The notes under the pieces: model-generated | Told to the model about the DNA's origin: nothing | The model's database searches: none | What the model saw: the letters and a program-made list of their open reading frames with translations, nothing else | Made by a program: the position numbers and the translations under genes | Shown: positions 21,542-32,023 of the stretch, one piece after another | Layout of the letters: each line of letters opens with the position of its first letter | How positions within the stretch are numbered: the stretch's first letter is position 1 | Assembly (NCBI GenBank): GCA_003280935.1 | Contig: QCDJ01000006.1 | Location: 25-64,024, forward strand | Direction: 5' to 3' | DNA: 64,000 nucleotides | From: Prochlorococcus sp. AG-355-B23 | Lineage (GTDB): Bacteria > Cyanobacteriota > Cyanobacteriia > PCC-6307 > Cyanobiaceae

Positions 21542-22387
21542 TTAATCTAGTTCAACATTTTCTGAAAAATAATTCCCAAAATCTACAAAATTCTTGCAAA
21601 GTGGTTTTAACTTATTTTTAAGTTCAAGTAAATTTTTAGTATTATTTTGATTATTGATTTCTAAATCAATGTAAATTATATATTCGCCTAATTCTCTTTT
21701 TGAAGGTCTTGATTCAATTTTACTCATATTAAATCCAAAATCTGCAATATAATTTATAGCTTTAAGTAAAGCACCAGGTTTATTTGAAATTAATGAGAAA
21801 GCAAAACTGGCAATATTAGCTAAATTTGAATTTGATTCCTTGCTCAATAAAACAAATCTAGTGCAATTAGCTGGAACATCATTAATAGGAAAGGCTAATT
21901 CTTTAAGTCCTTCGATTTGAATTAACGATTTTGAACCGATAGCAGCTCTGAATTTACTCCCCTTGATCATATTGACAGCTTCTGATGTTGAATTTGTTGG
22001 GAGAGGAATTGCATTTGGAAGATTCTCAGATAACCATTCTGAACATTGAGCTAATGCTTGAGGATGAGATAATACTTCTGAAATGTTTGAAAGTTCTCCA
22101 TCACTAATTAATGCATGTTTTATAGGTAAAACAATTGCTTTATTTATAAAAATCTCAGGAAATTTCCAAAGGGCATCAAGGGTAGCTGTAACTCCCCCTT
22201 CTACAGAATTTTCTATAGGGACCACAGCAGCATCACAATTGTTGCAGGCTATAGATTTAATGACCGAATGTAACCCATTACATGGTACAAATATAGGTGT
22301 CTGAAAATCGGCAAGCTTTGATAATATATGGGCTGCTTTTTCTGCGTATGTTCCTTGAGGACCTAAATATGCAACTTGTTTGCGCAT
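21542..22387 (-). CDS. pheA: Prephenate dehydratase
   Basis: AYLGPQGT, PIENSVEG, SHPQALAQC, TRF, and an ACT domain with IESRP. Confidence 0.96.
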   Translation of the reverse strand: MRKQVAYLGPQGTYAEKAAHILSKLADFQTPIFVPCNGLHSVIKSIACNNCDAAVVPIENSVEGGVTATLDALWKFPEIFINKAIVLPIKHALISDGELSNISEVLSHPQALAQCSEWLSENLPNAIPLPTNSTSEAVNMIKGSKFRAAIGSKSLIQIEGLKELAFPINDVPANCTRFVLLSKESNSNLANIASFAFSLISNKPGALLKAINYIADFGFNMSKIESRPSKRELGEYIIYIDLEINNQNNTKNLLELKNKLKPLCKNFVDFGNYFSENVELD

Positions 22388-22439
22388 GATTAATTGTAAG
22401 AAAAAAAGAGATCAAATAAGCATTGGAGGAATATAGAAA

Positions 22440-22958
22440 ATGCTATTGTCTTTTGATGCTAAACAGAAACTCAAGCTTTCTGTAACACGTAATAAAGAAT
22501 ATCTTTCTAAATATCTTTTGGAAGAAGAAAGAGTTGTTGGAGCAATGCTTGACTCCAAAAAATTAGTACCTGAAGGAGTAGGTAGATATAAGTATACAGT
22601 AACAAGTTTTAAGGTTTTTCAATTAGATATTAACCCTGTTGTCTCTATTGCGGTAGAAAATAAAGATGGAATTTTAAAAATGAGTGCCCTTGAAAGTACA
22701 TTGGATGGTTTGGGGATGGTAGATGATTTTAATCTTATTTTGAAAGCGAATTTGGAAGCAACTGATATTGGTTTAGAAGGTGAGGCGCTTCTTGGAGTAT
22801 CTGTAAGCCAACCTCCTCTACTGAAGCTGGTACCAAGGAAAATTTTGGAATCTACTGGTCATTCGGTATTAAATGGGATTTTGTTGGGTATAAAGTCAAG
22901 GGTTCAACAGCAACTCGTAAAAGATTTTTTAGATTGGTGTATCTTAAATAAGATTTGA
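22440..22958 (+). CDS. DUF1997-like conserved cyanobacterial protein
   Basis: [16 protein letters not shown]...LVKDF pattern, recalled from the family. Confidence 0.7.
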   Translation: MLLSFDAKQKLKLSVTRNKEYLSKYLLEEERVVGAMLDSKKLVPEGVGRYKYTVTSFKVFQLDINPVVSIAVENKDGILKMSALESTLDGLGMVDDFNLILKANLEATDIGLEGEALLGVSVSQPPLLKLVPRKILESTGHSVLNGILLGIKSRVQQQLVKDFLDWCILNKI

Positions 22959-23561
22959 TTTCTTTAAAAAACTTTTCCTATGAAGTTTAGTTATTCCATA
23001 TTTTTTTATTAATGAAAGGTGTTCTTTGGTTCCATAACCTTTATTTTTAAATATTAAGTATCCTGAGTATTTTTTTTCTAACCTCTCCATTAGATTGTCG
23101 CGAGAAACTTTTGCAACTATGCTTGCTGAAGCTATCGAGATAAACTTTGAGTCTCCAGATATTATGTTTTTCTGAATTCCGTCCCATGGCCTTAATAATA
23201 AGGGACCATCAATTATTAATTCAGAAGGCTTTTCTTTTAATTTTTTTAAAGCTCTTATCATTGAAAGTTCTGTCGCAACCCTGATACCTAACTTATCTAT
23301 TTCTCTAGCCGAAGATTGACCAATTCCATAATCTGAAGAGAGTAAAAAAATTTTTGGTAAAAGTAATTTTCTTTTTTTTGGAGTTAGTTTTTTACTATCT
23401 GTTACTCCAAATTGTTTTAAGATAAATTTATTTTTTTCAGTTAATACTACAGCTGCTGCAAAAACTGGACCAAAAATTGCTCCTCTTCCAACTTCATCTA
23501 TTCCAACTTCGAATACTTTATTCAATGCTTGCTGAAGATCTTCTTCTTTTTTTTCTTGCAT
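22944..23561 (-). CDS. rnhB: Ribonuclease HII
   Basis: [38 protein letters not shown]. Confidence 0.97.
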   Translation of the reverse strand: MQEKKEEDLQQALNKVFEVGIDEVGRGAIFGPVFAAAVVLTEKNKFILKQFGVTDSKKLTPKKRKLLLPKIFLLSSDYGIGQSSAREIDKLGIRVATELSMIRALKKLKEKPSELIIDGPLLLRPWDGIQKNIISGDSKFISIASASIVAKVSRDNLMERLEKKYSGYLIFKNKGYGTKEHLSLIKKYGITKLHRKSFLKKSNLI

Positions 23562-25323
23562 TGTTTAGCTCATCTATATGTTCAATGTCATCTTTTTTAT
23601 CTGTAAATACAACTTCATTATTTTCATTAGTTGATTTCTCTTGAGAATTTGCATTAGCTTCAATTTTAATTTTTTCTTCTCCCGATTTTGAGATTTTTTT
23701 AATTTGTTTTGTTTTTGTTTTTTTATTGTCTAAGGGTTGCTCCGTTTCTTTATTACTTTCTTTTAAATACACAAAATTATTGCTGGTGAGATATTCTTTA
23801 CCCAACTTTATAAGTGGATTTATACCTAATTGACTGAAAACAATTTTTTCTTCATTTGTAAGATCAACTGTTATCATATTTTTTTCTTTTGAATTTGATT
23901 GGTTCAAATTATCATTTTCTTTTTCTTTTTTATTAGAAGAATTCTCTTTACTTAGGTCTTTAGAGTAAATTAATTCCTTGTCAATTATTTTTTCCTGCTC
24001 ATCAGTTGATTGAGAAGTATCTGTATCTAAAGATTTTAGATTGTTTGATTGATTAGATTTATTTTCAACATTTTGTATTTTTAAGTTAGAAATTTCGTGA
24101 TTTAATATATTTTCTACATGTCCGGTACCATCGCATGTAGAACATTTTTTACCGAATAATTCATATATATTTTGACCTTGTCTTTTTCTGGTTAACTCTA
24201 CTAAGCCTAATTCAGTAAGCTGAGCTATTTGAGGCCTAGCAGAATCATCTTTTATTGCTGAGGAAAAATGCTCAAGTAACTGAAATTGGTCTCTTCTAGA
24301 TTCCATATCGATAAAATCTATTACTATAACTCCACCAATATTTCTTAATTTCATTTGCCTTGAGATTTCAACTGCTGCTTCGCAGTTAGTCCACAAAACG
24401 GTTTGTCTTGAGTTTGCTGATCTCGTAAATGATCCAGAGTTAACATCGATTACTGTTAAAGCTTCAGTAGGTTCGATAATTATATAACCACCCGAAGGAA
24501 GATCTACTCTTGGTTGGAGAGCTTTTTGAATTGTTTTCTTTATTTCGTACTTTTCGAAAATATGTTGGTTTAAACTATTATCGTGAAATTCAATATTAAT
24601 ATCAGATTCATAATTTATTAAAAAATCTTTTGCCCTTGCAACTGAAAATTTACTATCGATAATTATGCTTTTAGTTGATTCTTTAATATGATCTCTCAAG
24701 ATCTTAAGAGAGAAATCATCATCTCTTTTTACTAAATTTGGCGGATTGGAAGTCTCAGAAACTTTTAGTACATTTTCCCATTGTTGAATTAATTGTTCTA
24801 AATCTTCAATTAGAAGTTCTTCTTTTATCTTTTCAGCCTCTGTTCTAAATAACAATCCTGTGCTGGGTGGTTTTATTAAAACCCCAAGAGCTTTTAAACG
24901 GCTTCGTTCGGTTTCTGTATTGATTTTTCTTGAAATATTTACGCCTTGGCCATATGGCTGTAATATCAAATATTTTCCTGGTATTGAGATACTTCCTGTT
25001 AGCCTGGGACCTTTAGATCCTGTCGGTTCCTTTATTACCTGTACTAAAACTTTTTGTTTTGGTTCTAGTAATTCAGTAATTCCGAATGTCCCTTTTTTAA
25101 GTCTTAGTGGACCTAAATCTGAAACATGGATAAATCCATTTTTCTCACTTTCACCAATATTTATAAAGGCGGCATCAATGCCAGGAAGAACATTTTCAAC
25201 TGTTCCTAAAAAAATATCGCCAATTTGATATTGACCTTGTGCGACGATTAATTCATCAACTCGATCATCTGTGAGTAGTGCTGCTATTCGAGCCTGCTCA
25301 GCGATGATAATTTGCTGAGACAT
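23518..25323 (-). CDS. rne: Ribonuclease E
   Basis: S1 domain, [17 protein letters not shown], Zn-link CSTC and C-terminal RKKRRRSSA. Confidence 0.97.
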   Translation of the reverse strand: MSQQIIIAEQARIAALLTDDRVDELIVAQGQYQIGDIFLGTVENVLPGIDAAFINIGESEKNGFIHVSDLGPLRLKKGTFGITELLEPKQKVLVQVIKEPTGSKGPRLTGSISIPGKYLILQPYGQGVNISRKINTETERSRLKALGVLIKPPSTGLLFRTEAEKIKEELLIEDLEQLIQQWENVLKVSETSNPPNLVKRDDDFSLKILRDHIKESTKSIIIDSKFSVARAKDFLINYESDINIEFHDNSLNQHIFEKYEIKKTIQKALQPRVDLPSGGYIIIEPTEALTVIDVNSGSFTRSANSRQTVLWTNCEAAVEISRQMKLRNIGGVIVIDFIDMESRRDQFQLLEHFSSAIKDDSARPQIAQLTELGLVELTRKRQGQNIYELFGKKCSTCDGTGHVENILNHEISNLKIQNVENKSNQSNNLKSLDTDTSQSTDEQEKIIDKELIYSKDLSKENSSNKKEKENDNLNQSNSKEKNMITVDLTNEEKIVFSQLGINPLIKLGKEYLTSNNFVYLKESNKETEQPLDNKKTKTKQIKKISKSGEEKIKIEANANSQEKSTNENNEVVFTDKKDDIEHIDELNNARKKRRRSSASIE

Positions 25324-25621
25324 ATAATTGATTCTGAATGATTTGGATTTTGAAAATCGTCTAGATTAAAGAATTAGATTTTATCTCTTAATAAAGCAAT
25401 TTTTTTTAGCTATTATTGTTTACTTTTTAAAATTAATAAAGTTAATAGTGATTGAATTCTGCTATTTATAAAGATTTAAACGATTTTCAAACTAATTGAA
25501 ATTGAATTCATAGCCATGATTATTCTTTAAATTAATCATAACTAGAATAATATTAACATCTAATCACCACTAAAGCACGTTGATACATTATTCTAATATT
25601 GGTTAAATTTTTTTTTCTAAA
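25324..25621 (-). promoter_or_regulatory. rne/dapL divergent intergenic region, probably containing the long AU-rich rne 5' UTR
   Basis: 298-bp non-coding gap, long for this compact genome. Cyanobacterial rne mRNAs are known to carry long regulatory leaders. The TSS cannot be placed from sequence alone. Confidence 0.5.
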
Positions 25622-26848
25622 GTGGTTCAAGTAAACGAAAATTATTTAAAACTCAAAGCAGGCTATTTGTTCCCTGAAATTGCTAAAAGGGTAAAAATAT
25701 ATTCCCAATCAAATAAGACTGCTGAAATTATTAAGCTTGGCATAGGAGATGTTACAGAACCATTACCTAAAGCATGCATAGAAGCTATGGGTAAAGCTTT
25801 AGATGAGATGGGAACAATAAATGGTTTCAGAGGTTATGGACCAGAACAAGGTTATTCTTGGCTGAGAGAAAAAATATCTGAGCATGATTTTATTTCTCGA
25901 GGCTGTCAAATTTCACCTGAAGAAATCTTCGTTTCAGACGGTTCTAAATGCGATAGCAGCAATATTTTAGATATTTTGGGCAAAGAAAATTCAATTGCTG
26001 TAACAGATCCTGTTTATCCTGTTTATGTAGATAGTAACGTAATGACAGGCAGAACTGGAGAAGCTCTCGAAAATGGTACTTATCAAGGATTAACATATCT
26101 AGCAATAAATGAGGGGAACAACTTTTTGCCAAAACTACCTGAAAAAAAAGTTGATATTTTATATCTTTGTTTTCCAAATAATCCGACTGGAGCAACTATC
26201 ACAAAAAAAGAATTGAAAAAGTGGGTTGACTATGCCCTCCAAAATAAATCTCTGATACTTTTTGATGCAGCTTATGAAGCATTTATCCAGGATAATGATA
26301 TTCCACATTCAATATATGAGATTGAGGGAGCAAAGGATTGTGCTATTGAATTTAGATCTTTTTCAAAGAATGCAGGATTCACTGGAGTTAGATGTGCTTT
26401 TACAGTAATACCTAAGGATCTTAAAGGTTTGAGCTCAACAAATGAGGAAATAGAGTTATGGCCTCTTTGGAATAGGCGACAATCTACAAAGTTCAATGGA
26501 GTAAGTTATGTGGTTCAGAAAGGTGCAGAGGCTGTTTATTCTCCTGAAGGGAAAAAACAGGTGAAAGGTTTAATTCATTTTTATATGGAAAATGCAAAAA
26601 TCATGAAAAATAAACTTCAGAATTCAGGATATAAAGTTTACGGTGGAGACAATGCTCCTTATATCTGGATTAAAGTTCCAGATCAAATGACATCTTGGGA
26701 CTTTTTTGATTTCCTTCTCCAAAAAGTTAGTGTAGTGGGAACACCTGGGAGTGGATTTGGATTGGCAGGAGAGGGTTATTTTCGCTTGTCAGCATTTAAC
26801 TCACGATCAAACGTCCTTGATGCAATGGAAAGAATAATTAATATATAA
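25622..26848 (+). CDS. dapL: LL-diaminopimelate aminotransferase
   Basis: [40 protein letters not shown]. Confidence 0.96.
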   Translation: MVQVNENYLKLKAGYLFPEIAKRVKIYSQSNKTAEIIKLGIGDVTEPLPKACIEAMGKALDEMGTINGFRGYGPEQGYSWLREKISEHDFISRGCQISPEEIFVSDGSKCDSSNILDILGKENSIAVTDPVYPVYVDSNVMTGRTGEALENGTYQGLTYLAINEGNNFLPKLPEKKVDILYLCFPNNPTGATITKKELKKWVDYALQNKSLILFDAAYEAFIQDNDIPHSIYEIEGAKDCAIEFRSFSKNAGFTGVRCAFTVIPKDLKGLSSTNEEIELWPLWNRRQSTKFNGVSYVVQKGAEAVYSPEGKKQVKGLIHFYMENAKIMKNKLQNSGYKVYGGDNAPYIWIKVPDQMTSWDFFDFLLQKVSVVGTPGSGFGLAGEGYFRLSAFNSRSNVLDAMERIINI

Positions 26849-26880
26849 TTACAAGTACAATTTAAACTCTAATCAATTTA

Positions 26881-27198
26881 ATGCTATCTATAAAGTTAGA
26901 ACAAAGTGCAAATAATAATTCAGCAGTGATTGAAAAGAAACCTGCTGAATTAAAAAATAAATCTCCAAAATATAAGGTTTTACTTCATAATGACCCAGTT
27001 AATTCTATGGAGTATGTCACCATTTCACTGCGAGAAGTTGTTCCGCAATTAAGTGAGCAAGATGCTATTGCAATAATGCTTGAAGCACACAATACGGGCG
27101 TGGGTTTAGTAATTGTCTGTGATTTAGAGCCAGCAGAATTCTACTCTGAATCGTTAAAATCTAAAGGAATTTCTAGTTCAATTGAGAAAGAAGATTAA
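26881..27198 (+). CDS. clpS: ATP-dependent Clp protease adaptor
   Basis: YKVLLHNDPVNSMEYV, MLEAHNTG. Confidence 0.93.
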   Translation: MLSIKLEQSANNNSAVIEKKPAELKNKSPKYKVLLHNDPVNSMEYVTISLREVVPQLSEQDAIAIMLEAHNTGVGLVIVCDLEPAEFYSESLKSKGISSSIEKED

Positions 27199-27213
27199 TA
27201 ACGGTTGAATTTA

Positions 27214-28833
27214 TTATTTAGAGTGAGCTAATTTCCTTTCTGATAAAGGACGGACTTTTAGGGATTCTTTTAAGGAAGACTTTCCATAATCTCTTTCAAG
27301 AATGTCGATAACTGTTTTGCCAAATTCGTCTTCTGGATTATCAAAAGCTTCTAAGCAAACCTGACCAAGTTTTTCCCCTAGTGTCCCTGGATTCCAGAGA
27401 AGTTTTCTTGCTGTCCATGGCATCATGCTCATTGGGTTATAATTTGGCTTCAAAATTTTATGCTCTAAAGCGTACTTCTCAAGGAGAGTGTGAGGTTGCA
27501 AACCTATAAAGAATATAGCTGGATCAACTAATCCTTTACCAAAAATATTTTCTAATTCTCTATGGTAAGCAATTGTTTGTCTTATGGTGCTGGGCGTTTC
27601 ATCAAAAACATTAAATGAATAATTGACTGAAACATGATTCTTGAAACCTGATTTGACTAGCATTCTACAATTATTTAATACAGTTTCAAGGTCGTACGCT
27701 AATCTCATTTTTCTAACAAGTTCTTGAGATCCCGAGGTGATACCTATCTCAAAGTAGCTCATACCTGTATCAACCATAAGTTGAGCTAGCTCAGCATCAA
27801 TATTATCTGCTCTGATGTATGCAGCCCAATTAATATCGTCCCAGCCTTGGTCCTTAATTGCTTGCAAAAGTGTTTTTGCATCTTCAATATGTTTTTTGGC
27901 TGGAATAAACTGTGCATCTGTGAACCAAAATCCCCTTACTCCAAGATCATATAATTGCTTCATTTCTTTAATTACTTCCTTAACAGGATTAACGCGAACC
28001 TGCTTTCCCTCCACAACTGTGTAAACACAGAAACAACAATTATGAGGACAACCTCTTTTTGTTTGTACCCCTACGTAATAATCTCCTCCTTCTATATACC
28101 AATCGAATTCAGGCCATATTGATTTAATATATTTATAGTTGCAGGCAGTTTTAACAGTGCCTGAAGGTTGTTCATGTATTAATTTATTCCGAGGTTTTTG
28201 TCCAGCAATATAACATCTTTCTTCTTCTATTGAGTCTCCTCTAATGATTTTTTCTATAAGATTTTCTCCCTCTCCAACTGAAATAACAGTTCCTTTTGGG
28301 AGCAGATTTCCTAATTGTTCATAGAAGACACTAACAGCCCCACCTCCTAAGATTACTTTTACATTTTTATTGTATTTTTGTGCTCTTTTTAGTCCCATCT
28401 TGACTAAAGAAGTATTTCTATATATTTCTCCATAATGAGATGCAATTAATTTTAATCCTCCCCAGGAACCTCTAATCTTTTTAAGGATATTTTTTGAGTA
28501 GAAAACTTCAAAAGAGTTTTGTAGGGGATTTCCACTTCTACCATCGACAGGTGCATAAATTTGTATATCTCTCCATGAAAAAATGATTAGATGTGGTCTA
28601 AATTGATCAATTTTTCTTGCTAAATATTTGGAAACTTTATTTGATGGAATTATTGCTAGATCAATGAATTGCTGCTCTAAATTTGGAAAACATTTATGAA
28701 TATGGTCTGCTAAATAAATAGGTCCTATTGGAAATATTGGATTACATGGTAATCTTACAGTTAATATTTTTCCATAGTGCTTTCTTTGGTAATTTTTTTT
28801 ATTTAATTTTTCGAACTTCAAATTAAAATTCAT
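27214..28833 (-). CDS. B12-binding-like radical SAM protein (cyanobacterial PSII high-light-acclimation type)
   Basis: VRLPCNPIFPIG, QTKRGCPHNCCFC (CxxxCxxC), FWFTDAQF. Confidence 0.85.
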   Translation of the reverse strand: MNFNLKFEKLNKKNYQRKHYGKILTVRLPCNPIFPIGPIYLADHIHKCFPNLEQQFIDLAIIPSNKVSKYLARKIDQFRPHLIIFSWRDIQIYAPVDGRSGNPLQNSFEVFYSKNILKKIRGSWGGLKLIASHYGEIYRNTSLVKMGLKRAQKYNKNVKVILGGGAVSVFYEQLGNLLPKGTVISVGEGENLIEKIIRGDSIEEERCYIAGQKPRNKLIHEQPSGTVKTACNYKYIKSIWPEFDWYIEGGDYYVGVQTKRGCPHNCCFCVYTVVEGKQVRVNPVKEVIKEMKQLYDLGVRGFWFTDAQFIPAKKHIEDAKTLLQAIKDQGWDDINWAAYIRADNIDAELAQLMVDTGMSYFEIGITSGSQELVRKMRLAYDLETVLNNCRMLVKSGFKNHVSVNYSFNVFDETPSTIRQTIAYHRELENIFGKGLVDPAIFFIGLQPHTLLEKYALEHKILKPNYNPMSMMPWTARKLLWNPGTLGEKLGQVCLEAFDNPEDEFGKTVIDILERDYGKSSLKESLKVRPLSERKLAHSK

Positions 28834-28939
28834 GTTATGAAGTTTAATGAATTTATTTCTTTTAAGAATCTAACTACTTTATTACTAATTTGGAGAAATT
28901 AAAAATCCTAAGAAAACATTCACTCAAATTTTATTTAAA

Positions 28940-30031
28940 TCAGATATCAGAAATCATATAAATCCAGCATACTTTGAGAAGTTTTAATCCATCTATCCAT
29001 CTAGATATATTTGGTGCTCCAGATTTTCTAGCGTAATATCTAACAGGGTAATTTAGTATTTTAATGTTATTGTTCGCAGCTTCAAATATTATTGTAAAGT
29101 CTCCAAATGGGTCACACTTAGAATCCCAACTTCCGTTTTGTTTCATAAGATTAAAGAATTTTCTTGAAAAAACTTTTGTTCCGCATAGTGAATCTGATAC
29201 AGGCTTATTTATTAGAATTGATAGAAAAATTGCGAAGAGTCTATTTCCTATATAATTTGCCCATCTCATCGCAGCTTTTTCCATTGGAAAAGTTGTGCGG
29301 GCGCAATTAATAAGGATATTTTTATTTTTGGTTGATTCCATAATTGCTGCAATACTGTCATCAATATCTACAGTAAAATCACTATCAATTATTGCGAGAG
29401 TCTCACCTGAAGAAATATTAAATCCCTCCACGACTGCATTTTTCTTCCCTTTAGAAGTTTGTTTTAAAAGAGATATCTTGAAGAAATTTGAGAAATTTTC
29501 TTTTAATTCTTTCAACATGTCATATGTATTATCATTGCTATTACCTTCAACAAATATAATTTCTAATTTATTGGGAATATTTTTGAATTTATTTAAAGCA
29601 TTCATTAAAAGTTCTTTATTTCCAGCCTCATTTCTTGCAGGAATTACTATTGATATTAAATGTTCAGAAATATTTTCACTATATTTATAAAAAACTATTT
29701 CGAGTTCATAGGCGAGTTGTTTTATGATTGGTATTTTCCGAAAAATATTTTTAATAGATTGTGGAATTACCTTAGTGGGCATAGGAGTTAGTTTTTTTGC
29801 TTTCCATCTAATTGATCTGTAGTTATAAATTTCTGCTAGAGATTCGATATCGCACAATGTTATTCTTGCTTTGCTAGTAGTTTCTTTAAAAATTCTTGAA
29901 TCTAATCTTATCCATCTTGTGATTGGCTCCCAAGTATTACCTCGGACTTTAATAGAAATAAATTCGTTATCGTCTTTGAATAATTGATGAAGTTTATTAT
30001 TAGTTAAATTCCAACTATTAACAGATCTCAT
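28940..30031 (-). CDS. Glycosyltransferase family 2 with an extra N-terminal region of about 120 aa
   Basis: ISIVIPARNEAGN, FVEGNSND, IDSDFT, DSLCGTK, DPFGDF. Confidence 0.88.
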   Translation of the reverse strand: MRSVNSWNLTNNKLHQLFKDDNEFISIKVRGNTWEPITRWIRLDSRIFKETTSKARITLCDIESLAEIYNYRSIRWKAKKLTPMPTKVIPQSIKNIFRKIPIIKQLAYELEIVFYKYSENISEHLISIVIPARNEAGNKELLMNALNKFKNIPNKLEIIFVEGNSNDNTYDMLKELKENFSNFFKISLLKQTSKGKKNAVVEGFNISSGETLAIIDSDFTVDIDDSIAAIMESTKNKNILINCARTTFPMEKAAMRWANYIGNRLFAIFLSILINKPVSDSLCGTKVFSRKFFNLMKQNGSWDSKCDPFGDFTIIFEAANNNIKILNYPVRYYARKSGAPNISRWIDGLKLLKVCWIYMISDI

Positions 30032-30070
30032 TATTAAACTTGCAAAGACATCTTATTATATATGGATTAT

Positions 30071-31624
30071 TTACTTTTTTAATATTAATTTCCATGGATT
30101 TAAAACATCATTTTCGTATATCACTTCATATGAATCACTATAATTTTTTATTGTTTTAAGGTCAGTTGTCCATGCTAATTCAGATTTTTTTAACTTATTA
30201 ATACTTTCTAATCCCATACCTAATTTAGGAGTTGATAAAGAAATCCGGATGATTTTTGATTGCGATCGAGAGTTGTTGATCCCTTTTTTATCAACCATGA
30301 TCGTTTGATTTTTTACTAAATCAAGGGATGAAACATATTCCATTTTCTCTCTTAGTTCTCTAGATCTATCAGTGAATAAACCTGATTGCAAAATAAATGA
30401 AGTGAATAAGTAAGGCCCAATTATGAGAGTTATTAATAATTCTTTGAACGAATATTTATGTCTTATGAATGACCAAGATAAGCCTAAAGATAATAATCCA
30501 AGAACTATAAATGTATTTTCCTTTGTATTAAAGTTAATTGAATCTTTAAAGAAAAAATAATATATGAAAGTTAAGGCAAATAAAAATAATGGTATTATTT
30601 TTGAAGTTATAAATATAAAAAATCGACTATATCTATAAGAATTGAATAAATATTTTATTCCTACATAAGTATTTAATGCAAAAATAGATGAGATTTGCAG
30701 AGTATAGTAGGGTGTTTTTGTAGAGAAAATGCTAAGAATTGCTATTAAAATTAATGGAAAAAAAGCGAGTATATATCTATTCTCTTTACATTGAGAAATA
30801 TTGTAAGTTGTGCCAATAATTGCGAAAAAACTCCATGGCAGATATGTTACTGGTACATTCCAGAAATAATAATAAAAAGGATTTGTAAAAGTATTTTTAC
30901 TTGATAGAAAGTTAAACTTTTCAACTAAGTAAAAAATAATATTTTTATCTAAATAAGGGTTGATAGAAAACTTCCATAATAAAAAAGGAATAAATCCAAT
31001 TAGTAGTCCTAACCAAAAGAATTTTATAAATAAAAAATTTTTCTTTAAAAATAAATATGGTAAAAGTGATAATAACGGTACAAAAACTAAAAAAGTTTTC
31101 ATCATAAAAGCTAATCCAATCCAAATTCCAAAAAGCAGAATATAGAATTTGTTTTTTTTACTTTTTATTTTTACTAATGCTAATACTCCAATCGTTACTA
31201 AACATGAATAAATAATATCTTGAGTGGCTAAGTGAGAGTAGTCAAACCATAGATATGTAGTAGCAAGGATTAGTGGAGATATAATTGCATATTTTTTGTT
31301 AAATAATTCTTCATGTAATTTATAAGTTGTCAATAGCATCAATATCGAAGCTAATGTTGTTGGTAGATATGCAGAAAAAATATTTCTTCCAAATAAGTAT
31401 TGTGACTTTGCTATTAAAAACTGTAATCCTATTGTTCTATCTAAAACATATTCATCCCACCAAAGAGGAATTGTCCAGTTACCTTTATCTAGTATCCATC
31501 GAGCTTGTAGCGCATAAAAACCTTCATCAAAGGCAACATAACTTCTTTTGCCAAAATAAAATATGAGAGGAATAAAGGCAAATAGTTTAAAAAGATATCT
31601 AAATTTTAAAATTTTATTATTCAT
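30071..31624 (-). CDS. ArnT/PMT-like (GT-C fold, family 39/83) membrane glycosyltransferase
   Basis: FDEGFYALQAR, GLAFMMKT, PFYYY, LPWS, STKTPYY and many TM segments. Confidence 0.85.
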   Translation of the reverse strand: MNNKILKFRYLFKLFAFIPLIFYFGKRSYVAFDEGFYALQARWILDKGNWTIPLWWDEYVLDRTIGLQFLIAKSQYLFGRNIFSAYLPTTLASILMLLTTYKLHEELFNKKYAIISPLILATTYLWFDYSHLATQDIIYSCLVTIGVLALVKIKSKKNKFYILLFGIWIGLAFMMKTFLVFVPLLSLLPYLFLKKNFLFIKFFWLGLLIGFIPFLLWKFSINPYLDKNIIFYLVEKFNFLSSKNTFTNPFYYYFWNVPVTYLPWSFFAIIGTTYNISQCKENRYILAFFPLILIAILSIFSTKTPYYTLQISSIFALNTYVGIKYLFNSYRYSRFFIFITSKIIPLFLFALTFIYYFFFKDSINFNTKENTFIVLGLLSLGLSWSFIRHKYSFKELLITLIIGPYLFTSFILQSGLFTDRSRELREKMEYVSSLDLVKNQTIMVDKKGINNSRSQSKIIRISLSTPKLGMGLESINKLKKSELAWTTDLKTIKNYSDSYEVIYENDVLNPWKLILKK

Positions 31625-31647
31625 TCTAGTTTTATTTGCTTTTTAAG

Positions 31648-31719
31648 TGCCGATAATTGGAATTGAACCAATGACCTACTGTTTACGAGACAGTTGCTCT
31701 ACCGCTGAGCTATACCGGC
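31648..31719 (-). tRNA. tRNA-Thr (anticodon CGT)
   Basis: Reverse complement GCCGGTATAGCTCAGCGGTAGAGCAACTGTCTCGTAAACAGTAGGTCATTGGTTCAATTCCAATTATCGGCA folds as a cloverleaf. Anticodon arm is ACTGT-CT CGT AA-ACAGT. CCA is not encoded. Confidence 0.97.
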
Positions 31720-31773
31720 AATATTAAATATTGAATTTTTCATATAAACTTAATTTAATAATTGAAAGAATTT

Positions 31774-32010
31774 ATGTCAAAAATAGATCCTGAATTAAAA
31801 AAGAAATTATTGAAAGAGTCACAGTCTCCTTTCAAGGGATTAAGGAGAATATTATGGATAACTTTTAGTGGTTCAGCATTTTTAGGTCTTTTAATAATGC
31901 TCTCAAAAATTGCAAGTAGTGGTGAATTACAGCTAAACAATCTTTTTATACAAATTGTTGCGTGTATTCTATTCCCTACTTTATTGTTTTTTGATAGGAA
32001 TAAAGATTAA
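31774..32010 (+). CDS. DUF3493-like small membrane protein
   Basis: KKLLKESQSPFKGLRR followed by two TM helices. ATG 31774 preferred over TTG 31762. Confidence 0.75.
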   Translation: MSKIDPELKKKLLKESQSPFKGLRRILWITFSGSAFLGLLIMLSKIASSGELQLNNLFIQIVACILFPTLLFFDRNKD

Positions 32011-32023
32011 AAAGTGAAATATT

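Noticed and set aside
28834-28939. Possible att duplication of the tRNA-Thr 3' end bounding an island
   Set aside because: There is no convincing copy of TGCCGATAATTGGAATTGAACC, only a loose AT-rich resemblance, and no integrase.
31755-31940. 61-aa minus-strand ORF next to the tRNA
   Set aside because: It is the antisense shadow of the DUF3493-like gene.
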